In this document: positions 1 to 13,894 of the stretch, piece after piece
How the letters are laid out: every line of letters starts with the position of its first letter
Position numbering within the stretch: position 1 is the first letter of the stretch
Assembly (NCBI GenBank): GCA_951406725.2
Contig: OX597823.1
Coordinates: 12,710,001-12,774,000, forward strand
From: Octopus vulgaris
Taxonomy: Eukaryota
DNA: 64,000 nucleotides
Direction of reading: 5' to 3'
The notes under the pieces: generated by a model
What the model saw: only the letters and a program-made list of their open reading frames with translations
What the model was told of the DNA's origin: nothing
The model's database searches: none
Program-made: the position numbers and the translations under genes

Positions 1-157
1 TGACATTAATCAGGTAAGATGAAGGCATGGAGGCTAAATGTGAATTGATGTTGGAAAGATACTGATGTAATGTGAACAGCGCTGACAAACTAATACCGCG
101 GTGCCTTGAGCAAACATTTTCTAGTATTTGTTTCAAACTAATTCGACAGAGAATACT

Positions 158-388
158 TATTTCTTTGCTACCCACAAGGGGCTAAACATAGAAGGGACAA
201 ACAAGGACAGACAAACGGATTAAGTCGATTATATCGAGCCCAGTGCGTAACTGGTACTTATTTAATCGACCCCGAAAGTATAAAAGGCAAAGTCGACCTC
301 GGCGGAATTTGAACTCTGAACGTAGCGGCAGACGAAATACCGCTAAGCATTTCGCCCGGCGTGCTAACGTTTCTGCCAGCTCACCGCC
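158..388 (-). mobile_element. tRNA-derived SINE, family A (young subfamily)
   Basis: Reverse strand starts GGCGGTGAGCTGGCAGAAACG (A box), has GAGTTCAAATTCC (B box), then GTCGACTTTGCCTTT..TTTCGGGGTCGAT; close to copies at 25.3, 30.1 and 58.2 kb. Confidence 0.9.
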
Positions 389-589
389 TTTCTCAACAGA
401 CCTTGTAACCATGACCGTCGTAAATGATGTGAACCATAATTATCTGAAAAAAATAATAATATATGAAAATCTTATTTTAGCTTCGATAATAATTTGGATG
501 AAATTTACTTTACTTAATGCTGCAGATAATTTCGAAAAAGAGCTGAATGTTCCATAATTTTCTTTCTTTTAATCAGTATGTATAGAAAA

Positions 590-1380
590 TCAACTGACTT
601 CCATATACAAAGAAATAAGCTTAGGCAGGGGAAACAATTCTTCAAGAAGAGCACTGGATGAGCGACAATGAGTCCTTAGACTTGGGCTCCAGGAACTCTC
701 TTGTGGAGTTCGGGAGGATTGAGAAGCCAATTTCATGCCCACCTCAGCAGCCGATGCCCTTCGCGATAATGGGTGCATTCTCATCGGAATGGCGCAGCGC
801 TTCGGTCCCCGTGCATGTGAGCTGCACAAATGCCATTGTGGGACAGTAGTCGATGAATTTCGCCTGCAAACATTATCTTGCAGTCATAGAGCGGGTCTGT
901 TACCCTGAATTGCCGCTCAGAATGACATAATTATGAGGGTCATCCTAAGTAGTTTCCCGCAGTTAGCTTCCTGTCTCAAGAGAAACCAGTAGTTCTTGAC
1001 CGCGGAAATGGTGAACACCCTGACGGAATAAGATTTTTCCATATGGCAGATTTCTGATCTGAGACGCGACTTGCAGCAACACGTTCTGCGGCTGCTCGTC
1101 TTGCTGCAGCGTAACTCAGAAGAACAAGCCTAGTTAAACTCAAGGGCCTGACCGGCCGCTATCAGTTTGGGCTGGTCGTTATCAAGGACCCAAATGTTCT
1201 CGGAGTCTACACTTCCAATTTCCATCGCAAAATCAGCATGAACCCCACGGGGTGGAGTGGCTACTGCAGCGAACGTTGTTGGCCATTCTCCGTGGCACGC
1301 CGTTGCAGTCATGTCGGTGGAGCGCGGCTGAACACGCCATTTGTTCTACGGTGTACAACCCGTTACTCTTTCCCCCACCA
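590..1380 (-). mobile_element. GC-rich degenerate segment, possibly an LTR-retrotransposon gag-like remnant
   Basis: Higher GC/CpG than the flanks and fragmented minus-strand frames; only weak resemblance to gag. Confidence 0.3.
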
Positions 1381-1869
1381 TCTTCTTACATTTTGATACT
1401 GCGTTATGGTGACAAATAATATTAACGTATATTGTAGATGGCAACCATAAGTTAGAATTTACGTGTCTATGAATCGCTAGAGGACATATTTTCCAATTTA
1501 CGATAAATAATAATTTATCCAATAGCTAGTGTCATTCACTATCTGTGTTTCACTGTGATATTTCCAATATATTTCCAAGTATTTATTTGTAGTCATTATC
1601 AGTTTTAACTATTGACTTAAGAACAGTATGACTCTCCCAGGAATATTTACCTCCAACTGTTCTTCGTTATGAATAACCTGTACTGGTGTCAGCCGAACCA
1701 TGGCTGATAATAACCTGTCAATCGTACCAAGTGTATCTGATGTACGTTTAATAAAGTATTTGTGTAATCCTAAGACATCATTTCTCCTGATTTGAACTAC
1801 AGTTACTTTCACATATCATTTATATAGTGTTTACATCCTGAGCAAGAGATATAAATGACTCCATACTCA

Positions 1870-2050
1870 TTTTAATTGTTGCTGTTTAGCCACAGATCAA
1901 CTCCAATCGAATAGACTTGCAAACTAAAGCATTCTGTTCATGGCCATAAAATTTCCTACAATTTGCTAGAGTTGCATTAACAACTCTTCTTTGCTCTTTT
2001 TTTTTAAGACACGGGGGTAAATTCAGGAAGATTTAACAGCTTTGAAACCA
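1870..2050 (+). mobile_element. old interspersed repeat (SINE-like), related copy at ~24820-25010 on the minus strand
   Basis: Similar segments at both positions in opposite orientation. Confidence 0.35.
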
Positions 2051-2712
2051 TGTAGAGTAAAATTTGTTAGCCAATAGCTCTCAGACCGGTTGACGTGCGC
2101 ACAACAGATCCATTTAACGTCTATAAAATTACGGCTAAATATTACACTGGCATATATTTTAGCAAGAACAATTGGACTTATTTTTATCCTTGAATAGTAA
2201 ACAGCTGATTGTTAAGCTTGTATAATAACATTCATTTAGCCGAAGAAACTAGCATTATCTGTTGCAAAAATTTCGTTCTTTCAGCTTCATTCTAACACAC
2301 CTGAGTTCAGCTATACATGATTTATAATTAATATTAAGATTTTCAGCCCTGTGTTTCTTAACGAGGATATAACACCTGCTGCAAATATTATATATTTCAC
2401 TTGCTCTGCAATAAGTTTTCTTCAATCTTGTATATTCTTCTTCTTGTTATCCACACATATAGTCATATGCATACATCCTGTGTAACACACACGCACGAAC
2501 ACATATTCTATTTAGCAGTTAACTAGTATTTATATACCAATTGTTATAGATCTTGAATCAGGCTAAGATATTATCTTCAATCTGTAGTTCATGAATAAAC
2601 AATGGTCATACTCATTACTAAACTGAGTTCCAAAATTTATATACATATATAAATACATGTATACACATACATACGCGTGCGGTGTATGTGAGTGTGTGTG
2701 CATGTATGTATG

Positions 2713-3090
2713 TATTGGGTTGTCCGGAAAGTTCGTGCCGATTTATAGTAGCTTACCTTTCGACTTATTTAATAATATATAATCTTATAATCTATATATA
2801 TATACTATATAATCTTTAAAAAAATGAAGTAGATTGGAATGTAATTTTTGAACCTGTGGAAAGCACGCTAGATGCCGAAATATCATTCAACCAATTTCAC
2901 ATGATAGCGCTCTTCTATCTATTTATTTCTCTATAACTTCTAGAGGAGTTACCTCAGTGCTATATAATCTTTCAAGAAAAGTGAAGTAGGCTGACATGTA
3001 ATTTTTGAACCTGTGGAAGGCACGCTAGATGCTGAAATATCGTTCAACCAATTTCACAAGATAAGTATGACACTCTTCTATCTATGTATC
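2713..3090. mobile_element. mariner-like terminal fragment with an internal ~110-bp tandem duplication
   Basis: TA+TTGGGTTGTCCGGAAAGTTCGTGCCGAT resembles a mariner TIR; 2817-2925 is duplicated at 2976-3090 (GTAATTTTTGAACCTGTGGAA..CACGCTAGATGC..TTCAACCAATTTCACA). Confidence 0.5.

Positions 3091-3092
<2 letters not shown>

Positions 3093-3157
<65 letters not shown>
3093..3157. repeat. (ATT)n microsatellite at the 3' end of the adjacent R4/Dong-like fragment
   Basis: Direct reading. Confidence 0.95.
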
Positions 3158-3590
3158 CTTTCAATTTTATTTTCATTTCTTACCGAGTGTCTTCCCCAAA
3201 CCTAGGACAAAGAAACTCGCTCTATACATTGGTAGGCCATTAAAATATATACACCAGTCATGTGATACAAAAAAATGTGAAGAAAGAAGAAAGCAGGAAA
3301 AAAGAAAAAAAAGACAGAAAGCAAAGAAACTAAGGGGGGAAAGGAAAGAAAATTCACAGCGACAATGATCTTCTCAATATGTGACCCGCCAGTTAAGACA
3401 ATTTTTTTGCTTTTCATGCCAGGGATCATCCTCAAGTAATTTTCAGTCCGCTTTTCGATCATTCCAACTTCTACCATCACTGGTACTGTAACCGTCTTGA
3501 GATGCCACATTTTCTCAATTTGGATCAGCAGATCTTTATATTTTCTGAACTTATCAGGAGACTTTTGCCGAGATATCATGATGACAAAGT
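3158..3590 (-). mobile_element. R4/Dong-like (RLE-type) non-LTR retrotransposon, 3' fragment
   Basis: KYKDLLIQIEKMWHLKTVTVPVMV..GMI..KKIVLTGGSHI matches the restriction-like endonuclease C-terminus; 3' UTR runs into (TAA)n. Confidence 0.85.
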
Positions 3591-4769
3591 ATGCTCATGT
3601 CAATCAATAAACAGATTTTATTGGTTTGGCCTTTCGTTGCTGCTGTTGCTGTTGTTGCTGTTGTTCCCTCCCCCAAATGTCAAGCCTTTTGCCTATATTA
3701 GAAAAGATTGTTATCATTATTATAGATGTTACTGTAGCTGTGGTGGTGGTGGTGGTGGTGGTGGTGGTGGTTTCCGCATGCGGCTGGTTGCAACATTCGG
3801 GATTTGACCTGCAATTGAGTACTTTTCGCTAATAGCTTTCTTGTTTATCCAGACAAATACGTGTCATAAGCATTGACCTATTCACGCAGCAGCCCTTCCG
3901 CTACAGCTTTTTTTTTTTTTTTTTCAAATGTCATCACCAAATTGACAGGTGTGACGACATTCCCAGAACATATGACAAAAAGTTTTACACCGAAATAGGA
4001 TAGATAAGTAAAATAAAAAAGGAAATAAAAATATGATAATAAGCCACACACAGTATGTAATATAGAAATACGTTTTAGAAAATACCACTTTCACCTAGAG
4101 TCAGTCAATAACAACACATATTTGAGATTATTTTCACAATCAAGAGAAAATACGTTCTCCCAATAGTTATATCTTGGCTTGCAAAAGAATCGCATTGCAG
4201 AGGTCATTTGCTTTTCACTGCCGAATGCAGTTGCTGATTTACTGGGATCTCCATTAGGTGGAAGATTATGCTCTATGTCTCAGTTTTCACATTAATCAGA
4301 ATTTCCACCACCATCCTAAACCATTTTATCTTTCGGAATCCTTATATACGGCATTGTACTACGATCTCTTAACGCTACACATTTTACCTCCCACTAGAAG
4401 TTTATCTCTGGTGGTAGGTTCGAGATGTTTGGTACCAGTGAGAAATCTGCAGTTCTTTGAGGAAAGCTACTGTTATTTTGGTGAAAGTTTGTGAAATAAC
4501 TCTTACATACGCAAATTTCTGGAATGTGTCCCAAAATTAATGTTATCCTGAAAATAACGTAGCAGAATTCATTTAGGTCTGAACATATACTCCCATCAAC
4601 TATAACCACAAGCTGACCGACATATTTTGGATGAATTAGACAGATGGAAAATGAAAGAGGTCCGTTGTATATATGTACATGTGTGTGTTTGCGCATGCGC
4701 ATGTATATGTTTTTGTGTCTCTTTGTATAGCAGAATCTGCATTTAAGGTCAAAACCGTTTTGAAGAACG

Positions 4770-5795
4770 TTAGCCTGTAGTTTCTTATAAGCAAGCTTTG
4801 ATCTTCTACCACTAATATGAAACCCCCAGTTTCTGCTTTCAGTCCTGAACTTCTCAGCCACTGATAGGCTGTTGCTTGGTCTACATCAGCATTTCGGCTT
4901 TGAACTGTATATTGTCAATGCAATATACCGCTCCTCAGTTTGTTTCTACCCGTTCTTTTTCAGTCTGCTTGAAGATGTTTTGCATGTTTTCTAGCAGTGG
5001 TTTCAGGTTCTTCAAATATTTCAGGATTAATGCCAAGTTCCCTAGCGAATTTGCAAGCTTCCTTGAATCTGATATTTTAGTGTCTTCGAGTTTGCACACA
5101 AGCCGCAACATCCAGTCCTCTGTACTAGACAAGTACTTGTTCATTGCTATCGTGGAGGTTTTATAGCACAGTTTAACCTGCATCATTTCTCTTTCCCCCT
5201 TACTTCTAGCTAGGTACAGACGATCAACATCTGCTTTTGGGTGGTGCATGTCCTAAGATGTTAGTAGCTTACTTGTTCTTCTGTCCAGGTGTTGGAGCTC
5301 TGTAAGATTCCAGTTAATGATGTTAAAACTATACTAGACTATTAGAAGTGCCAGGGTGTTAATGGCTTCGTTGTGACTTTTCCGAGTTAAGTTCAGTTTT
5401 TAGTATGAGACTTACTCTCCTGTAATACTCCATTTTTTAATTTTTTCGTTCATAATAACATGTTGTATACCATCTCCTTCATTTATCCCCTGGTATTTGT
5501 AATTTTCTTGTGGGTCAAGATCCTTGATGGTAGAGTCGGTATCTAATTCAATGGAAGCTGTTTGCCTGAGCTTGCCTCTTACAAAAATTGCTTTAGCAAC
5601 CTTGTCATGGTCAAAATCCAACCCGACGACATTGTTGAAATCTTTCAAAGTTGTTAGTAGCCGTACTAGCTCTTTGTTGTTTCTAGCAAACAACTTCAGA
5701 TCTTCCGTATAAAACAGACGGTTTATTGTTGTATTATATACTTTGAACACATGTCTGGTGTTATTTAATTCATATGAGAATGAGATCAGTGTCAT
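4770..5795 (-). mobile_element. R4/Dong-like retrotransposon, degenerate RT/thumb region
   Basis: INRLFYTEDLKLFA (degenerate YMDD motif), YKYQGI, MHHPKADVDRLYLARSKG; stops and frameshifts. Confidence 0.85.
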
Positions 5796-6222
5796 GCAAA
5801 AGAATAATTAGAAGGCCTGACTCGGTTGTAGTAGATAAAGAGAATAGATAGGGCTAGATAATTGACTTTACACTCCCAAATGATGAGAAAGTTAGAGAAA
5901 TCATCAAAGTACCGGGACCAAGCTTTTGAGATGTAGAGACTATGGGAAATGCGGGTAAAATGTATCCCAGTAGTTACAGGTACATTTGGAATTAACCCTA
6001 AAGATTTGAACGGATGGATAGAGGAAATAGGTATAAAACCCAACTTAGTACAGCTCCAGAAAACAGTGTTATTAGGGATAACGAAGATACTTAGGAGGGT
6101 TCTTGGCATCTAAGTTTACTTGTTGTAGCCCGATATTACGAAAATTTTTTCCGCAAGAGTTTAATCTGTTGTGCGTATATGTTATAATAACAATAATAAA
6201 TAACGATAGTAGTAATGATAAT
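5792..6222 (+). mobile_element. R4/Dong-like 3' fragment (RLE domain), separate insertion
   Basis: Plus strand reads RRPDSVVVDK..KYRD..RLWEMRVKCIPVVTGTFG..LQKTVLLGITKILRRVLGI*; ends in degenerate TAA repeats. Confidence 0.85.
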
Positions 6223-6360
6223 CTCTACAATACGCATTAGGCCTGAAATTCTGGGATAGTGGGTTAGTCGATTATATCGATCTCAGTGCTCGGCTAGTAA
6301 TTATTTCATCGATCCCGACAGGATGAAAGCAAAGTCGACCTTGGCCAGCACGTCGCCTTG
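6223..6360 (-). mobile_element. SINE family A, older partial copy
   Basis: AGGCCTGAAATT..GTCGATTATATCGA..GGATGAAAGCAAAGTCGACC. Confidence 0.75.
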
Positions 6361-6367
6361 CCATCCA

Positions 6368-6551
<184 letters not shown>

Positions 6552-7031
6552 TGCTACTGTCCATTATTTATAATTGATATAATTGGAAAATATTGCATAA
6601 TCACCAATGAAAGAAAATAAATAAAAAGTATAGGATAACAACATTTTTTCCAGAAAAAGGCATGTAAAAGGTCCTGAAAATATTGTTAAAACATTCCTAT
6701 CCTGGATTTGCTAATGTAGAATATTTGTACATATGCTTTTCAAGATGTACTTTATTCTTTTCTGACAGAAGAAAAGAAAATATGAAGCTTCCTCTGAAAT
6801 CATGAATAGTTCAAAGAACTATTTGGAAACGATCAATATGCTGCTAATTCTGGTATTAACCTGCAGCTTCGATATAATAAATGGGCAGATGGAAAAGAAT
6901 GAAGCAAAAAAAACAACAAAAAACAAACCAAACACGACAACAAAATATGCATAAGATTACCCATTCTAAAATGTGACGCAGAGGCACTACACATAAACAC
7001 ATATATACACACACAAACAAACATAAACATT

Positions 7032-7069
<38 letters not shown>

Positions 7070-7070
7070 C

Positions 7071-7158
<88 letters not shown>

Positions 7159-8250
7159 GTATGTATATGTACATACATATATGAAATATGCACAAAATGA
7201 AAGAAGGGGTCTTGCTCAAATGGAGATGGCCTATAAAACCTTTTCTATTGCTTTAACCAGTTGTCTTCAAAAGAAGCAGGGCACTACTGGAGATAGCTTT
7301 AAAAACATGAGAGAAAGAACAGAACGAGAACGCAAATAGTACACAAAGGAGAATAAACATATTTGATTGAAAGTGGAAAAACTAAGCAGATATATACACA
7401 CATATATAAACAAACATATAACCAAAAACGAGGTGAGCAAAAGAAATCATACACATTAGGAAGGAAATAAAATACATTTAATAACACGAAAAAGATCATG
7501 TCTTATGTGTAGGTTGAAAAATTCACCAAATAGAAAGATGTAGAATGGTAAATAATACAAACATGGAATATGGACATAAGAACAGTTTCTATGATCATGG
7601 AAAATAAATTATCTTTGAAAATCTGCGCTTTATTAAAGAGTAGGTTTGCCTGTCATCCAGCATGTTATAGAGGGAAGAGAGTTAAACTCCGATCAAGCGG
7701 AAACGCCCAGATTCATACATAACTCTCTCTCTAGATTGTGTGTGCATATATATATATATATATATGTATATGTATATGTATATATTTGTCCATATATGTA
7801 TGTATGTATATATACACACATGCTTTGAATTTTGTATTGGGCAGATATTGTGCACGATTGGTGTGCGTATGCATGTGTGTATGTGTGTGTGGATGAGGAT
7901 GTGTTCCTGTTCCTGGAAACAATGCTAAGCAAAGGCAAATTTCCAAGGTTTCTGCTACAGTCTTGTCCAAAATCTTTAACACTATGTCTTCGCAAATTCT
8001 CTTTACGTCTTACACAGAAAGAGAAAACGAATGCTCTTTAACTTCTCCTGATGCTGTGACTATTGGGAGAAAGGGAGGAGGTTATCGTCATGCTGGAGAC
8101 CTTGTTCGAATGAAGCTCTGGTCTGCTTTGTACTTACTATTGAAATCATTCATCTAATTCTACAAATCAAGAACTTTTCTTCTAGACTAAATTTCACAAG
8201 ATTTTACTAAGAAACTGAAATATTTTGAGTAAAACTTACACAAGCTTACA

Positions 8251-8415
8251 GGCGCAGGAGTGGCTGTGTGGTAAGTAGCTTGCCTTCCAACCACATCGTT
8301 CCGGGTTCAGTCCCACTGCGTGGCATCTTGGGCAAGTGTCTTCTACGATAGCCTCGGGCCGACCAAAGCCTTGTGAGTGGATTTGGTGGACGGAAACTGA
8401 AAGAAGCCCGTCGTA

Positions 8416-8446
<31 letters not shown>

Positions 8447-8675
8447 GCATGTGTGTGTACATGTTTGTGTGTCTGTGTTTGTCCCCCCAACATTGCTGAC
8501 AACCGATTGTGGTTTGTTTACGCCCCCGTAACTTAGCGGTTCGTCAAGAGAGATCGATAGAATAAGCACTAGGATTACACAGAATAAGTCCTGGGGTCGA
8601 TTTGCTCGACTGAAAGGCGGTGCTGCAGCATGGCCGCAGTCAAATGAATAAAACAAATAAACGAAAAGAAAAGAA
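8251..8675 (+). mobile_element. tRNA-derived SINE family B (CORE-like, internal (TA)n(TG)n microsatellite)
   Basis: A box TGGCTGTGTGG, B box GGTTCAGTCCC, CORE-like TGGCATCTTGGGCAAGTG, internal microsatellite, tail GGCGGTGCTGCAGCATGGCCGCAGTC. Confidence 0.9.
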
Positions 8676-8772
8676 GGCAGCTGTTTCAAAGTGCAAGTGG
8701 ATCAGGAACATTTAATTGCGGACTCTTATGTTCGAATCATTTACTCAAAATTGTCCTTAATTACCTAACAGC

Positions 8773-9252
8773 TGTGTGGCAAGAAGCTTGCTGCTCAGCC
8801 ACATGGCTCTGGGTTCAGTCCCACTGCGTTACACCATGGACAAGTGTCACCCATTATAGCCTCGGGTCGACCAAATGCCTTATGCGTGGATTTGAAAGAA
8901 GCCGGTGGTATTATGCATACATGTATATATCTATGCGTAAGTGTCTCTGTGTCTGTGTTTGTCTCCAGCAACGCTTGACAACCGGTAGCAGTGTGTTTGC
9001 ATCTCCGTTACTTCGCGGTTCGGCAAAAGAAACCGACGTAAAAGGTACTAGATTTCAAAAAATAACAAGTTGTAGGGTCGATTAGTTCGACTAAAACCCT
9101 TCAAGGTGGTGCCCCAACATGGCCGGCCTCGCTCAAATGACTTAAACAAAGATAACTGATCATATATATGCGTGTGTGTGTGTGTGACAAAAGACTTGAG
9201 AGTGGGTATGGTAGACGGAAACTGAAAGAAGCCCGTCGGACATGCATATGTG

Positions 9253-9298
<46 letters not shown>

Positions 9299-9385
9299 CG
9301 CGTGTGTAACCAAATCCTTCAGAGTGGATATGGTAGACGGAAACTGAAGGAAGCTCATCGTACATGCATATGTGTGTGTGTATAA
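8773..9385 (+). mobile_element. SINE family B, diverged copy plus two tandem partial internal segments
   Basis: Same motifs; AGAGTGG..GGTAGACGGAAACTGAA..CATGCATATGTG repeated at ~9199 and ~9321. Confidence 0.8.
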
Positions 9386-9883
9386 AGGAAGAGTGAAATG
9401 AATGTGGCTGGTTGCAGGCAGAGTGTCCATTTCACACGTCAGACAATATCATAGGCCGTTCACTTTTTTCAACATTTCTGATGAAGGTTGTATTGCTTAG
9501 CAGAAATACACTTTAACGCCGTTTTGACATCCATCCAAAATTGAAATGACAGGGTCACTTTATTCTCTTTCTCATCCATTTACATATGTATATGATTCCT
9601 GTTGACAAAACTGCAAATGATAATCTATATGTGTTCGATATGCTTAATTACTGTGGGGGGGGGGGAGGGTGATTGAGCTAACATTTAGGGATGTTAAAAT
9701 TTCTTTGGAGTAAGGAGTTCAGAGAAAACGATGCCCTTACTTTGGCTTCGATCAAGTACGTCAGAGACTTCATCTCTGACCGCAGCTGAATTTATTTAAC
9801 TCGGCGAACTAACTCTTCTGTAACAAGGCTACCATCTCACTTTACTGAGGGCAATTAATGGACGAGTGAGCGTTGCAATCAAG

Positions 9884-10045
9884 ACGCACGCATGGCTGTA
9901 TGGTAGGAAGCTTGCTTTCCAACCACATGGTTCCAGGTTCGGTCACACTGCATGGCACCTTGAGCAAGTGTCTCTTACTATAGCTTTGGGCCGACCAAAG
10001 TCATGTGAGTGGATATTGTAGACGGAAACGGAAAGAATCCCGTCG

Positions 10046-10106
<61 letters not shown>

Positions 10107-10325
10107 TTGTCTCCCACCACTGCTTGACAACCGGTGTTGGTTGGTGTGTTTACGTTCCTGTATCTTAGCGATTCGGCAAAAAAGGCCAAAAGAATAAATA
10201 CCAGACTTTGAAAGGAAACAAGTCCGAGGTCGATTTGTTCGACTAAAATGCCTTGAAGGTGGTACTCCAGGATGGCCGCAATCAAATGACTGAAACAGGC
10301 AAAAAAAAAAAAAAGAAAAAAAAAA
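9884..10325 (+). mobile_element. SINE family B, full-length
   Basis: Head, internal (TA)n(TG)n and tail as at 8251. Confidence 0.88.
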
Positions 10326-11317
10326 TGAAAGAAGCAAACGGAGTGTGAGTGATAAAACAGAGGCATGCACTTACATACAGCTGATGAGTCATGACCCTGT
10401 TTCAGGAAACCACGCGATAGTGAATGCTTTATGCACATATCCTGTAAATGGTATACTTGGAGTGAGATAAAAAAAACAACATGTATGCACTTTCCTTCGA
10501 TATCATTAAGAGGAACTGGGAATCTATAAAAATTCCGAATTTCTCTTAACGATATCGAATTTACTTCTCAAGGTATTATTTAATATCTATGTAAAAAAAT
10601 AAAATGTAAGTCTTATATTTGAAGTATGAATATTGCTATATTTCCTTTTCGTTTAAGGGGGATTCTTATGATTTCCTACCCATAACCATGAAGCATTTAA
10701 TTTCTCTTTCATTAATTCATCCATCAGTTTCACGTTGAAGGTTCCATGAACCGTGAGGAGCTAGATGAACTGGAAAATCATAATTCATCGCCATTTTAAA
10801 AAACTTTTTATTCTGCAGAAAATTTTCAGAAAAGTTATCAATGTATTTGCTGTAGCGAATCATGGCTGTACGTATCAGGAAACTATTGCAGCCAGTTATG
10901 GATATTTTATTTTGTTCACGCCGAGAAGATGAGATATTAAGAGAAGCTCTCCCACGTTAAGCCGTTTTAAGCGGCAAATATGCTACTCTAAGATAGCACC
11001 ATTACATCATAAGAAAGAGGTCACAAGAAGTCACACAATTTAAGAAATTTTCTCTGTATAAAAAATGTTCTCATCGCGGATTGAACCTATTAAGTCATAG
11101 TTTGTTTAATCAACAAGAAAATATATATTTAAAGAAAATAATCAGACGTTCTTCAAAGCAGAATAGGTTAGACTCGGAAAAATACACCAGCATCACATCG
11201 TCTCTTAGAAATACATTAATGTTCACCATGCAGCTTTTTTGGCTTAAATTTTCTGAAAACCTAGTAACGCGAAATCAGTAATATGTACTGATACAAACAA
11301 AAATACATACATACGCA

Positions 11318-11378
<61 letters not shown>

Positions 11379-11867
11379 CTTTATAGATATTTTTTTCTCT
11401 CAATAGATTTTAACCTAATAGCTGCTTAGTAGTGTTCACCTGATAAAGATTGTATGAAGGATTTATCACAAGTGAAGTTCTCACAAAAAGAAAAAAAAAA
11501 AACTTTTTTAAACGTTTTTATGTGTTCAGGGATAGAGAGAAAATTCTTTTGATTTATTTATTTGCTTCTTTCTTACTTCAGTCTGCAGAAAACAAGTTGC
11601 AAGTTATTGATTTAAGAACGAAGTAGAAAGTAAAATAATAAAATATAAAATAAATCATAATATATAGACAAAAAAATTTCAGTGCTTCGTGAATGTTCTA
11701 AATAAAATGAGCAACGACAATGCTTCGAGGAGAGTTTCTTTAATAAATATTTTCAGTTCTGTGGTTCTACTTATTCTTCTGTCAATGGTCATAACCAAAG
11801 GCTGATAGATGTGATAAAACTTATCTTTTCAATTTTAATTGCTAATTTGTTACTTTAAATTCAAACG

Positions 11868-11917
<50 letters not shown>

Positions 11918-11921
11918 AGTT

Positions 11922-12135
11922 CAGCAATCCTTCGACCATCTCAGGTGCTACGTTCCAAAAACCAGCGCAATAGGTGTAAATCCGCGAAGTACAAACAGTA
12001 CTGTATATCTTTTTTTATTTATTTTTATAATTTGTATATACTTATTATAAATGCAAAACAATGCCACAAAGGAATCGACGTAAGCTTAGATAATAGACCG
12101 CGATAGTTGAACCGCAATATGACAAGGGATTACTG
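11922..12135. mobile_element. Tigger/pogo-type MITE
   Basis: Imperfect TIRs CAGCAATCCTTCGAC / GACAAGGGATTACTG, followed by TA. Confidence 0.65.
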
Positions 12136-12203
12136 TATAAAGAACTTACATATTTTAAAATATCATTTGATCTTCTACTTATTTGATTTACTAGAATTTT
12201 GTG

Positions 12204-12410
12204 TAATAATAATAATAATAATAATAAAAATAATAATCCGTTCTACTAAAGGCACAAGGAGAGAAACTTTGCGGGAGGAGGTAAGTCGATCACATCGACA
12301 CCAGTACTTCACTGGTACTTAATTTATCGACTACGAAAGGATGAAAGCAAATTCGAACTCGGTGGAATTTGAACGCAGATCGTAAAAACGGACAAAATGC
12401 CAGCTCATAA
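12204..12410 (-). mobile_element. SINE family A, older copy with (ATT)n tail
   Basis: TTCTACTAAAGGCACAAGG..GTCGATCACATCGAC..GGAATTTGAAC, preceded by (AAT)n. Confidence 0.8.
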
Positions 12411-12485
12411 CCTGAATGATGATAATAATAATAACGATGAATGTGTACAGATGAGGATTATAATTAATGCCATGATTTCTGAATG

Positions 12486-12797
12486 TAGGCGCAATGGCCT
12501 AGTGGTTAGGGCAGCGGACTCGCGGTCGGAGTATCGCGGTTTCGATTCCCAGACCGGGCGCTGTGTGCGTTTATTGAGCAAAAACACCTAAAAGCTCCAC
12601 GAGGCTCCGACAGGTGGTGGTGGCGATCCCTGTTGTACTCTTTCGCTACAACTTTCTCTCACTCTTGTTTCTTGAGTTACGCTGCAATGGACTGGCGTCC
12701 CATTCAGCTGGAGGGAACACATACGCCACAGAAACCGGGAAACCGGGCCCATGAGCCTAGCTAGGCTTGAGAAAGGCGACGTTTATCGTTTTATCGT
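12486..12797 (+). mobile_element. tRNA-derived SINE family C (possibly octopus OR-type), with TSD
   Basis: TGGCCTAGTGG A box, GTTTCGATTCC B box; imperfect 14-bp TSD ATGATTTCTGAATG / ATGGTTTCTAAATG. Confidence 0.85.
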
Positions 12798-13456
12798 ATG
12801 GTTTCTAAATGATGCACCAAACACACACACACACACGCATACATACATGCATATATATATATGCATACGTACATACAAAATGTAAGTTTATGTTGGATAA
12901 AAGTTCAGTGTATTCCTTATGCAGCCCTCAATACGAACTGCCGCTATCAATGCTTTAAAATTTGTATTTAAGAAAGTCGTACAAGACCAGGAACTCCAGA
13001 TAATTTTCAATGGTATACCTAGTCTGTAGAATAAAATATAACACATTGCACAGAGTAAAATATAGCACATGGAAAATGAACATATTAATAAAGCATAAAT
13101 TTAATACTGGTTAAATTATTTCATTACCCTACCGCTTCATATCACATTACCTGGAGATGAATCTGTGTGATAAATTACATACCAAATGTATAAATTTATC
13201 TATGGTTGAATAGATATCATACATGATATTATGTATACAAGCAACTTTTGGAGAGTTTCTTACGAATGCCACGCTGGGCTATTCAAGCATAGAAAATTTA
13301 CATAATCCTGCTGTAATTTGCCACACGTAATTATATCTCTGTATTGTGGTTTGAAGTGAAACTTACTGAAACAAATATAACCTATATTAAACTCCCACCA
13401 TATTGATATTTTCAGCTTATATTTTACCTTATATTTATACACAAGCACACACATAT

Positions 13457-13513
<57 letters not shown>

Positions 13514-13514
13514 G

Positions 13515-13552
<38 letters not shown>

Positions 13553-13792
13553 CATACGTATATATCTATATATATATATATCTGTGTGTGCATATATATA
13601 TATATATATGCACATATATATATGTATATATATATATATACATATATATATATACTGTGTGTGCATATGTGCATATGTATACACACAAAGAGACACCATA
13701 TAATATACGTGTGTTTCTCTTTGTATTAGCATATCAACATTTCATGTTAATATATGCATGCATATTTATACACTTAAGTATATTATCCATCC

Positions 13793-13862
<70 letters not shown>

Positions 13863-13894
13863 GCATATATATATATATATGTGTGTGTGCATAT

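Noticed and set aside
1609-1812. 67-aa minus-strand ORF or exon
   Set aside because: No recognisable domain; length compatible with chance
4385-4550. Small minus-strand exons (AG..GT-bounded segments at ~4507-4547 and ~4388-4446)
   Set aside because: Splice-like signals exist but the peptides are short and unrecognisable; not supportable without RNA data
7895-8157. Open plus-strand stretch (..TSPDAVTIGRKGGGYRHAGDLVRMKLW..)
   Set aside because: No recognisable homology or clear splice context
12486-12560. tRNA gene (also at ~18300-18376 and ~59915-59988)
   Set aside because: tRNA-like heads continue into a SINE body and tail with TSDs; no complete cloverleaf evident
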